A stretch of DNA of 47,191 nt, from contig CAYHWE010000001.1 in assembly GCA_964360445.1 (NCBI GenBank), positions 221 through 47,411 of the forward strand. The letters are read 5' to 3'. Below, piece by piece: positions 39,461 through 47,191 of this stretch. Origin of the DNA: an uncultured Gammaproteobacteria bacterium. Its GTDB lineage: Bacteria; Patescibacteriota; Patescibacteriia; Patescibacteriales; JAKAJF01. The position numbers were made by a program, and so were the translations under genes. The notes beneath the pieces are model-generated. The model saw nothing but the letters and a program-made list of their open reading frames with translations. It was not told the DNA's origin and made no database searches. Positions within the stretch are counted from its first letter, which is position 1. Each line of letters starts with the position of its first letter.

Positions 39461-40405
39461 ATGCTGTATCGCCACATATCAGTAATGCTTGAGGAGGTTT
39501 TGGAAGGGTTGGATCCGAAGAAAGGCGGGTATTTCATCGATTGCACTTTGGGGGGAGCCGGTTATACGGTCGCCATAGCCGGGAAAGTAGGCGAGGAAGG
39601 CAGGGTGGTATCCATTGATCTAGATAGACGCGCGATTGAGAACGCCCGCGAATTGATTGAAAAAAAGAAAATTAACAATATAACATTGGTGAATGACAGC
39701 TTCCGCTATGTAGGCGAGATAGCAAAAGAGAATTTCGGGGAAAAGAAAGCAAGCGGGATCGTTTTTGATTTAGGACTGTCATCCGCTCAGCTTGATGACG
39801 CGGCCAGAGGATTTTCTTTTAAAATAGATGCTCCGCTTGATATGAGTTTCGGAGAAAAGATACAGGGAGAGACGACGGAAAAAATCGTTAATTATCGGCG
39901 CGAGAATGAGCTGGCAAAAATATTCAGAGAATATGGCGAGGAAAGATTTGCCGGAAAGATAGCCAGGGAAATAGTCCAGCACAGGAAAAGCAATGAAATA
40001 AAAACAACGGGACAGCTGGTTGAGATAATAAGAAAAGCAATTCCGAAAAAATTCCAATTCGGGAATATACATCCGGCAACGCGGACATTCCAGGCCTTGC
40101 GCATAGCCACGAACGAAGAATTGCAGAGCCTTGAAGAAGCGCTTAAGGGCTGTCTGGATGTTTTGGAAACAGGGGCGAGGATAGCGGTTGTTTCTTTTCA
40201 TAGCCTTGAAGATAGGATTATTAAGAATTTTTTCAAAGAAGAGAGTAGGGATTGCGTCTGCCCGCCGGAATTTCCGGTCTGTGGATGCGATCATATGGCC
40301 AGATTAAAAATATTAACTAAAAAACCAATATTGCCGTCTCCGGAGGAAATCAAGATGAATCCGAGAGCAAGAAGCGCAAAATTGAGGATTGCTGAAAAAT
40401 TATGA
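39461..40405 (+). CDS. rsmH: 16S rRNA m4C1402 methyltransferase RsmH
   Basis: DCTLGG.G, DLGLSS.QLD, HPATRTFQALRI and SFHSLEDR. Confidence 0.97.
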   Translation: MLYRHISVMLEEVLEGLDPKKGGYFIDCTLGGAGYTVAIAGKVGEEGRVVSIDLDRRAIENARELIEKKKINNITLVNDSFRYVGEIAKENFGEKKASGIVFDLGLSSAQLDDAARGFSFKIDAPLDMSFGEKIQGETTEKIVNYRRENELAKIFREYGEERFAGKIAREIVQHRKSNEIKTTGQLVEIIRKAIPKKFQFGNIHPATRTFQALRIATNEELQSLEEALKGCLDVLETGARIAVVSFHSLEDRIIKNFFKEESRDCVCPPEFPVCGCDHMARLKILTKKPILPSPEEIKMNPRARSAKLRIAEKL

Positions 40406-40758
40406 CAAAAATAAAAAGAGAAGAAACAAAAATTTCCGTACTTACAAGGAATAGACATAAGAAATCATCTATTAAGATAAACCTGAAAATTTTTAACGGG
40501 CTGGTTTTCGCCTCAGTCGTATTTTTAGGGGTTTCATACATAATCGGTGCGAACGCGCTGACCGTCAAAGGATTCGAGCTTATGGATCTGAAAAAGAATG
40601 CCAGGGAAATAAACAATGAAAACAGCAGCCTAGAGACAAGAATAACGGCGTTGGACTCTTATAACGGCCTGGATGAAAAAATAAAGGATTTAGGCATGGT
40701 CTCGGTTGCCAATGTTGATTATATCGAGAATAAGGCCGATGTAGTCGCTAAGAAATAA
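40402..40758 (+). CDS. ftsL: FtsL-like cell division protein
   Basis: TM plus coiled coil, located between rsmH and the PBP gene. Confidence 0.65.
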   Translation: MTKIKREETKISVLTRNRHKKSSIKINLKIFNGLVFASVVFLGVSYIIGANALTVKGFELMDLKKNAREINNENSSLETRITALDSYNGLDEKIKDLGMVSVANVDYIENKADVVAKK

Positions 40759-40764
40759 TCGGTT

Positions 40765-42813
40765 ATGAAACTTTGGAAAGAAAACAAAAAGGCAATGAAA
40801 AATAATAATCGCATAAACATCGTAATGGCGATTATTTTTTTGTTGGGCGGAGGATTGCTGGCGAAATTATACAGCCTGCAGATTTCCAGTTTTGACCTGT
40901 ATGCCGCTAGGGCTACGAGCCAGCATCAGGTTTCAGCCGTCTTGCAGCCGGAAAGAGGGAGGATTTTCATTCAGGATAAGGATGGGGCCAATAAATTATA
41001 TCCGGTCGCTTCCAATAAAAAATTCGCTTTGCTGTATGCTGTTCCTCGCGATGTAAAAGAGCCGGAAATGCTGGCGGAAGCATTGTTCGTATTTTTCAAG
41101 CAGGAGCAATCGGAGAAGGATATCGACAAGAAGATGGATGAAGACGAAAAAACCGATCTGCAGGATAAGACGGCCGGATTGGATGACGCGGGAAAGCAGA
41201 AAGCCGCCGCGGAATATGAAGCGTTCAAAAAAAGCAAAGAATATCAGGAGCTGAAAAAATTAAAAAGAGAGGACGAACTGAAAAAAGCGAAAGAAAAAGC
41301 GATAGAAGCGTATTTGAAAATTCTAACTAAGCCCGATGACCCTTATGAGCCCTTGGAACAGAAAGTGGATGAGGATGCGATCAGGAAATTATTCGCGCAA
41401 ATCGCAAGCGTCGACAACGAAGAATTCAAGCCTGAGAATCTGGAAGTGAAAGGCAATAAGATTTTTATAAATGATGAAGGCGCATTAAGAGAATTGGAAA
41501 TAGACGGGCTGCAATTTGAAATGAAGGCTTTCCGGTTTTATCCCGAGGGCAGTATCGGGGCGAATATGACCGGTTTTGTGAGTTATTCCGGCGATGATTC
41601 GCGCGGACAATACGGGCTGGAGGGTTTTTTCAATGAAGAGCTGACCGGCGTGTCCGGATCGATAAAGACTGAACGTAGCGCCCATGGCGAACTGATCATA
41701 ATGAATGACCGCGAATATACCAAGCCGAAAAACGGCAGCGATCTGGTCTTGACGATAGACAGGACAATACAATTCACGGCCTGCCAAAAACTCAACGAAG
41801 CGGTCAAGAAGCACGGAGCCGATGGCGGGAGCGTGGTGATCATGGATCCGGATACCGGCGCGATCCTGGCAATGTGCTCAAATCCGGATTATGATCCGAA
41901 CCATTACAGGGATGTCGAGGATATAAATATTTTCAATAACCAGGTTGTCTTTTCCCAATATGAGCCTGGATCGATCTTTAAGGGAATAACGATGGCTATG
42001 GGCATCGATCAGGAAAAGATAATGCCGCAGACGACTTTTACCGATACCGGAAGCGTAAAAATCGCCGACTATGAAATCAAAAACTCGGATCTCAAGGCGC
42101 ATGGCGTCATCGATATGAACGGAGTCCTGCGGGAATCTTTGAATACGGGAACGATTTTTGTCATGCGCAAGATCGGAGCAGATGTATTCAGGGATTATGT
42201 CAAGAATTTCGGATTCGGCGAAAAGACCGGTATAGAATTGGAAGGGGAGAGTACTGGCGATATAAAAAATCTCGTAAAAGACAAGATGAACAAAGAATTA
42301 TACGCGGCAACGGCTTCCTTCGGGCAGGGAATCGCGGTTACGCCTCTGCAGATGATCAATGCGTTCGCGGCCATGGCAAACGGCGGCATCCTGATGAAGC
42401 CATATCTTGTCAAAGAGGTCATTCTCGGCGACGGATCAAGGATTGTCACGCAGCCGAAGCAGATAAGGAGAGTCATCTCCGAGCGGGGCGCTATGATCCT
42501 GAGCGGGATGCTGGTCAATGTAGTCGAGAACGGGCACGGAAAGCGCGCCGGAGTGAAAGGCTATTATGTAGCCGGGAAAACAGGCACCGCCCAGATCCCG
42601 AAAAAAGACGGACGCGGATATGAAAAAAACGCGCACATCGGTTCATTCGCCGGCTTTGCTCCGGCCAACAATCCGAAATTCGCGATGCTCGTCAGGCTTG
42701 ATAATCCTCGCGATGTGGAATGGGCGGAAAGTTCAGCCGCGCCGCTGTTCGGGGAAATCTCAGAATTTTTGCTCCATTATCTGCAGGTGCCGACGGAGAG
42801 GGCTGATAAATAA
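40765..42813 (+). CDS. ftsI: Class B penicillin-binding protein (FtsI/PBP3-like)
   Basis: EPGSIFK (SxxK), SLN and KTGTAQ; dcw position. Confidence 0.9.
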   Translation: MKLWKENKKAMKNNNRINIVMAIIFLLGGGLLAKLYSLQISSFDLYAARATSQHQVSAVLQPERGRIFIQDKDGANKLYPVASNKKFALLYAVPRDVKEPEMLAEALFVFFKQEQSEKDIDKKMDEDEKTDLQDKTAGLDDAGKQKAAAEYEAFKKSKEYQELKKLKREDELKKAKEKAIEAYLKILTKPDDPYEPLEQKVDEDAIRKLFAQIASVDNEEFKPENLEVKGNKIFINDEGALRELEIDGLQFEMKAFRFYPEGSIGANMTGFVSYSGDDSRGQYGLEGFFNEELTGVSGSIKTERSAHGELIIMNDREYTKPKNGSDLVLTIDRTIQFTACQKLNEAVKKHGADGGSVVIMDPDTGAILAMCSNPDYDPNHYRDVEDINIFNNQVVFSQYEPGSIFKGITMAMGIDQEKIMPQTTFTDTGSVKIADYEIKNSDLKAHGVIDMNGVLRESLNTGTIFVMRKIGADVFRDYVKNFGFGEKTGIELEGESTGDIKNLVKDKMNKELYAATASFGQGIAVTPLQMINAFAAMANGGILMKPYLVKEVILGDGSRIVTQPKQIRRVISERGAMILSGMLVNVVENGHGKRAGVKGYYVAGKTGTAQIPKKDGRGYEKNAHIGSFAGFAPANNPKFAMLVRLDNPRDVEWAESSAAPLFGEISEFLLHYLQVPTERADK

Positions 42814-42913
42814 GATAGGGTTTAGAGTGAATGGTTTAGAAAGAAAGGGGCTGACCCCTTTTGTTTTTTTGGCGATTCCTGGTATAATAAGCAGGAAGTT
42901 ATCGCTTAAAATT

Positions 42914-43312
42914 ATGCTTAATAAAAAAATATTCATCATTGAGGATGACGCCAATATCCTGTATGCTCTTCAGGCTAAGTTCAGCATAGAAGGATTTCAG
43001 GTCGAGATCGATAACGGCACAGGAGAAAGAGAGGAAGTCCTGAATAAGATCAGGATTTTCAGGCCGGATTTCATAGTCATGGATCTTGTCCTGCCAAGGA
43101 TGGACGGAAAGGAATTATTGCATGCGATAAAAGCGGATGAATATGTTTCAGGCGCTTATGTTTTTGTCTTTTCCGATTTCAGCGATGAGGACGACAGGGC
43201 AAGAAGAGAAAGGACCGGCGCTGATTATTTCTTGGTCAAGGAGAAATTTTTGGTTGATGAGTTTGTGGCAAAGGTTAAAAAAATAATCGAGAATAAGGCG
43301 AAAATAAATTGA
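42914..43312 (+). CDS. Single-domain response regulator
   Basis: IIEDD, PDFIVMDLVLP.MDG and conserved Lys. Confidence 0.85.
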   Translation: MLNKKIFIIEDDANILYALQAKFSIEGFQVEIDNGTGEREEVLNKIRIFRPDFIVMDLVLPRMDGKELLHAIKADEYVSGAYVFVFSDFSDEDDRARRERTGADYFLVKEKFLVDEFVAKVKKIIENKAKIN

Positions 43313-43313
43313 T

Positions 43314-45230
43314 ATGAAATTAAAATTGGATAAGAAAAGAATAATTTATATGGCCATAGGCGCGATCATATTTATCGGGATCGGTTTGTATTTCTTTTTT
43401 GGCGGGAAAGATAAGGTTGAATATGTTACCGCGCAGACGGAAAGGGGTGTTTTAGTCCAGACAGTTTCCGAGACTGGAACGGTAAAAGCGGCCAGTGAAT
43501 TGGATTTGAGTTTTTTGAATAGCGGCAAGGTAAAGAAGATCATGGTTGAGGTCGGCGATAAAGTCGTAAAGGATCAGCCTTTGGCAGAGCTGGATTATGA
43601 TCAGTTATCCTTGAAACAAAAAGAAGCGCAGGCCAATCTTTCAGCCGCAGAGGCCAATCTGGCAAAGTTAAGGGTCGGCGCCAGCCATGTTGAATTATTG
43701 GTAGCCGAGGCAAGCGTCAATCAGGCCAAGTCCTCTTACGATTCAGCCGTCAAAGAGCAGGGAAATACGCAGAAGGTCGTTGATGAAAATATCAAGCAGG
43801 CGAAAAAAACTTTAAGCGATCTGGAGTCGGAAGCTGACGGCGATGTGACTACTTATGAGCAGGCGGTCGCCACGGCTGAAATAAATCTGGACAATACGAA
43901 AAAAACATACAAACAGACGTTTGACAACAAGATTGATAACGGTCTTGTTTCCGCCGAAGAAAAACTCAATTCGGCCAATGTCGCCTTGGATAATATCAAT
44001 AAAGCGCTCAATGATGAGGATGCCAAGAATCTTCTGAGCGTAAAAAACAGTTTTTATCTAGGGGAAACTATTAAATATTATAATGAAGCGAAAATATTGA
44101 TAAGCTCTGCAGAGACAAGCCTGGCTGCGGCGAAGCAGAATAAGAATTCAGACAATGTCAATTCTGCGCTGATTGATGCCTTGGACGCTTTGGACGGAAC
44201 ATTGTCTGCTCTGAGCAACTGTTATAAAGTCCTTGAAAACAGCCTTGTTTCCGCTAATTTTACTCAAGCCGAACTTGACGCGTATAAAACGACGATCAGC
44301 TCCCAGCAGACTGCCATCAGCGCCGCTATTTCTGCGATAAATTCAAGCAAACAGAACATCTCAGACGCTTCTTTGTCTTATGATACCAATGTGGCAACCG
44401 CGCAGAACAGCCTGACTCAGGCCAATGTCAATCTTGCGAATGCCATAATTTCCGCGCAGAACTCCTATTCAAGCGCCGTAATCAACGGCGGACAGCAGAT
44501 CGATTCGGCGCAAGCCAAGGTTGATTCTGCCTTGAAAGCGTGGGAGTTGGCTAAAGTCCAGTTAAGCAAAACCGAGTCTCCGGCAAGATCGGAAGACATA
44601 AGAGCGGCTGAAGCGCAGGTGGCGCAGGTCCAGGCGGCTTTAGAATCGGCAGCACTGCAGATTGATAACAGCGTCATAAAAGCGCCTTTGGACGGGATTA
44701 TCACCGGCATAAATTACGAAGAAGGAGAAGACTCTTCTTCCGGCAAAGCGGCGATCGCCATGCTCGGTGAAAATAATCTGGAAATAGAGGTGCTGATTTC
44801 AGAAACGGATGTTGCCAAAGTGAATAAGAACAATGAAGCAGAAATCACATTAGACGCTTTTGGCGATGATAGGAAATTAAAGGCTTTCATCGTCTCGATC
44901 GATCCAGCTGAAACAATAATCCAGGAAGTCATTTACTATAAAGTCAATGTCGCTTTCGCGGATGCGAAGGAGACTTTGGCGGATGTCAGGTCGGGAATGA
45001 CCGCCAATGTTTTGATTACGACGAATAAAAAAGATAGCGTGTTGATAATACCGAGCCGGGCGATCATCGAGAGGGCGGATGGAGTAAAAATCGTCAGGAT
45101 CCTGGCTGATGATGGAATCAATGAAGTTCCGGTCGGTATCGGCATTAAGGGCGATGCCGGAAAGATAGAAATAATATCCGGCCTTAAAGAGGGAGATATC
45201 GTTGTTACTTCTATCAAAGAAAATAAATAA
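43314..45230 (+). CDS. MacA-like membrane fusion (adaptor) protein with a very long coiled coil
   Basis: SGKV..I.VEVGD.V, IKAPLDGII and SGMTANV. Confidence 0.88.
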   Translation: MKLKLDKKRIIYMAIGAIIFIGIGLYFFFGGKDKVEYVTAQTERGVLVQTVSETGTVKAASELDLSFLNSGKVKKIMVEVGDKVVKDQPLAELDYDQLSLKQKEAQANLSAAEANLAKLRVGASHVELLVAEASVNQAKSSYDSAVKEQGNTQKVVDENIKQAKKTLSDLESEADGDVTTYEQAVATAEINLDNTKKTYKQTFDNKIDNGLVSAEEKLNSANVALDNINKALNDEDAKNLLSVKNSFYLGETIKYYNEAKILISSAETSLAAAKQNKNSDNVNSALIDALDALDGTLSALSNCYKVLENSLVSANFTQAELDAYKTTISSQQTAISAAISAINSSKQNISDASLSYDTNVATAQNSLTQANVNLANAIISAQNSYSSAVINGGQQIDSAQAKVDSALKAWELAKVQLSKTESPARSEDIRAAEAQVAQVQAALESAALQIDNSVIKAPLDGIITGINYEEGEDSSSGKAAIAMLGENNLEIEVLISETDVAKVNKNNEAEITLDAFGDDRKLKAFIVSIDPAETIIQEVIYYKVNVAFADAKETLADVRSGMTANVLITTNKKDSVLIIPSRAIIERADGVKIVRILADDGINEVPVGIGIKGDAGKIEIISGLKEGDIVVTSIKENK

Positions 45231-45264
45231 AAAATGGTCCGCTCGAAATTTACTGAGCGGACCG

Positions 45265-45447
45265 CTATGCATTCAAAAGATCGTTTGTTTTTTCCTCCGT
45301 TTCTTTCTGCGGGCATTTTGGCGCCCAGCCCGGCTTAAACCCTCTTTCCTCTGTTTCGGTTATGGAGAATCGGCAATTATGTCTGCAGGCTGAACATCTA
45401 AATTCGACTTTTCCAGTTACCTCCACGCGCTTCCAGACCGCTTCCAT
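45265..45447 (-). CDS. Putative 60-aa Cys-rich (Zn-ribbon-like) micro-protein MEAVWKRVEVTGKVEFRCSACRHNC...
   Basis: SD AAAGGAGGTGAT; TTGACT(45503-45508)-17 bp-TATTAT(45480-45485) promoter; hairpin ggtccgctc/gagcggacc at ~45236-45263 plus a T run. Confidence 0.7.
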   Translation of the reverse strand: MEAVWKRVEVTGKVEFRCSACRHNCRFSITETEERGFKPGWAPKCPQKETEEKTNDLLNA

Positions 45448-45510
45448 CCGTATCACCTCCTTTTTTATTAGTCATAAATATAATAATCAAATTCATAAAC
45501 CAAGTCAAAT

Positions 45511-46227
45511 ATGCCGTTGATCCGAATCAAAGATCTGCATAAAGCATATAAGAATGAAGATTTGGAAACGCCGGTGCTCCGCGGTGTTTCTTTTGATATA
45601 GAAAAAGGTGAATTTGTTTCCATTATGGGTCCGTCCGGATCAGGCAAATCCACATTGATGCATATCCTCGGCTTGCTTGACCGATTAACAACGGGAGAAT
45701 ATTTTTTGGACGGCATGGATGTGACCAAGTTGACGGATGACGAATTGGCCGCCTTCCGCAATGAAAAAATCGGATTCGTTTTCCAGGCTTTCAACCTGTT
45801 GCCGCGCACGACTGTTCTGGATAATGTAAAATTGCCGCTGACTTATTCTGAAAATAAGACTGATATGGAATCGCGCGCGCAAAAAGTTTTGGAAAGCGTC
45901 GGCCTCGGCCATCGGTTGAATTATTTTACGAATCAGATTTCGGGCGGCGAAAAGCAGAGGGTGGCGATCGCGCGCGCTTTGGTAAATAATCCGTCCGTCA
46001 TTTTCGCGGACGAACCGACAGGAAATCTTGATTCCAAGTCGGGTAATCAAGTTATGCAAATCTTGCAAAAGCTGAACGAAGAAGGCAACACGATCATTCT
46101 TGTCACGCATGAAACATTTACGGCCGAACACGCGAAAAGGATAATCAAAGTAAGGGACGGGCTGATTGTGAGCGATGAGAAAGTTGTGAATAGGAGATTC
46201 GCGAAAGAAGGGGAGAATTTAAAGTAA
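45511..46227 (+). CDS. ABC transporter ATP-binding protein (MacB/LolD-like)
   Basis: [24 protein letters not shown] and DEPTGNLD. Confidence 0.95.
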   Translation: MPLIRIKDLHKAYKNEDLETPVLRGVSFDIEKGEFVSIMGPSGSGKSTLMHILGLLDRLTTGEYFLDGMDVTKLTDDELAAFRNEKIGFVFQAFNLLPRTTVLDNVKLPLTYSENKTDMESRAQKVLESVGLGHRLNYFTNQISGGEKQRVAIARALVNNPSVIFADEPTGNLDSKSGNQVMQILQKLNEEGNTIILVTHETFTAEHAKRIIKVRDGLIVSDEKVVNRRFAKEGENLK

Positions 46228-46343
46228 TTTCCAATTTTTAATTCCTAATTTCTAAACAATTTCCAATGAATAAATTTTTAAACATAATTTAGGAATTAAA
46301 TCATTGTTTGAGAATTGAAAATTGAAAATTGAAAATTGTTGAT

Positions 46344-47191
46344 GTGTTCTCTAATTTAATTCAAATCATAAAACCCCCGATAATCGCTCTTCTCTCCAAT
46401 AAAATGAGGAGCTTCTTGACTATGCTCGGCGTCATTATCGGCGTCGGAGCCGTGATTATCATTATGTCTGTCGGAGCCGGCGCGCAAAGCCTGATACTTA
46501 ACGAGATAAAATCTGTCGGCTCGAATCTTGTCGGCGTGTTGCCGGGAAAATCAGAGGGCGCTCCGGCGAGCGCAATGGGTATCGTGATTACGACCTTGAC
46601 TTATGATGACGCTTTGGCTATAGCGGATAAAAGGAATGTTCCGAATGTTGTCGACGTCGCCGCTTACTCAAAGGGCGTGTCGACCGCCAGTTGGGGGTCG
46701 GTAAAATATGATACCAATATCAGCGGTGTTTCCGCGGGGATCCGTAATGTGGAAGGCGGAGAGGTCGCCGGCGGCAGATTTTTTACCGATGAAGAGAATG
46801 GGAACCTGGCGAAGGTCGCTGTCTTGGGCAGCGCGGCAGTCAAAGAGCTTTTCGGAGAGAATGATCCGGTGGGGCAGCGCGTAAAAATAAAAAACCACAG
46901 TTTTGAAGTGATCGGTTTCATGGAGGAGCGCGGCACTGTCGGTTTTCAGGATTATGACGACCAGATTTTTATTCCCGTGAAAACTATGCAGAAGCTGATA
47001 TTGGGAGTCAATCATCTCGGATTCATACGCGCCAAGATAGATTATGAAGAAAATACTCAGGATGCCATAAAAGATATCGAAATAATTTTGCGTGAAAGAC
47101 ATGATATGGCGGATAAAAGCGGAGCGAATGACGACTTTACGGTGCAAAGCGCCAATGACGCTTTGGCGACGATCATCTCGGTAACTGATGC
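46344..47191 (+). CDS. ABC transporter permease (MacB/FtsX family); runs off the window end
   Basis: Translated by hand from GTG 46344: NKMRSFLTMLGVIIGVGAVIIIMSVG..., GRFF. Confidence 0.9.
   Translation, partial: MFSNLIQIIKPPIIALLSNKMRSFLTMLGVIIGVGAVIIIMSVGAGAQSLILNEIKSVGSNLVGVLPGKSEGAPASAMGIVITTLTYDDALAIADKRNVPNVVDVAAYSKGVSTASWGSVKYDTNISGVSAGIRNVEGGEVAGGRFFTDEENGNLAKVAVLGSAAVKELFGENDPVGQRVKIKNHSFEVIGFMEERGTVGFQDYDDQIFIPVKTMQKLILGVNHLGFIRAKIDYEENTQDAIKDIEIILRERHDMADKSGANDDFTVQSANDALATIISVTD

Overview
This is bacterial chromosomal DNA using genetic code 11. AT-rich leaders that mostly lack Shine-Dalgarno (SD) sites, a short ATP synthase delta subunit and a truncated dcw cluster suggest a Patescibacteria/CPR (Parcubacteria-like) genome; this placement is inference. 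Gene order: dnaK (3' part), DUF3467-like gene, dnaJ; a complete F1Fo ATP synthase operon; a six-gene energy-converting-hydrogenase-related (Ehr/Hyf-like) membrane complex; a CsoSCA-like beta-carbonic anhydrase; pcm; mltG; a diversity-generating retroelement (DGR); rplJ-rplL with an L10 leader; a surface-polysaccharide cluster; tsaB-like; mraZ-rsmH-ftsL-ftsI; a response regulator; and a MacAB-like ABC exporter. Main findings: (1) The DGR has a 123-bp VR/TR pair with 14 mismatches, all at TR adenines. Its avd gene is antisense and head-to-head with the RT, and is out of frame with its only upstream ATG at a C10 tract, making it a candidate phase switch. (2) The Ehr large subunit lacks the Ni-binding cysteines and its small subunit has lost 3 of 4 Fe-S cysteines; the operon lies next to the carbonic anhydrase. 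(3) A secreted protein with two CxxCH motifs, a LysM domain and a beta-rich C-terminus carries an in-frame TGA. (4) Three antisense micro-genes each have their own promoter, SD and terminator. (5) Several families of intergenic palindromic or MITE-like repeats are present. No rRNA, tRNA or CRISPR array was seen.
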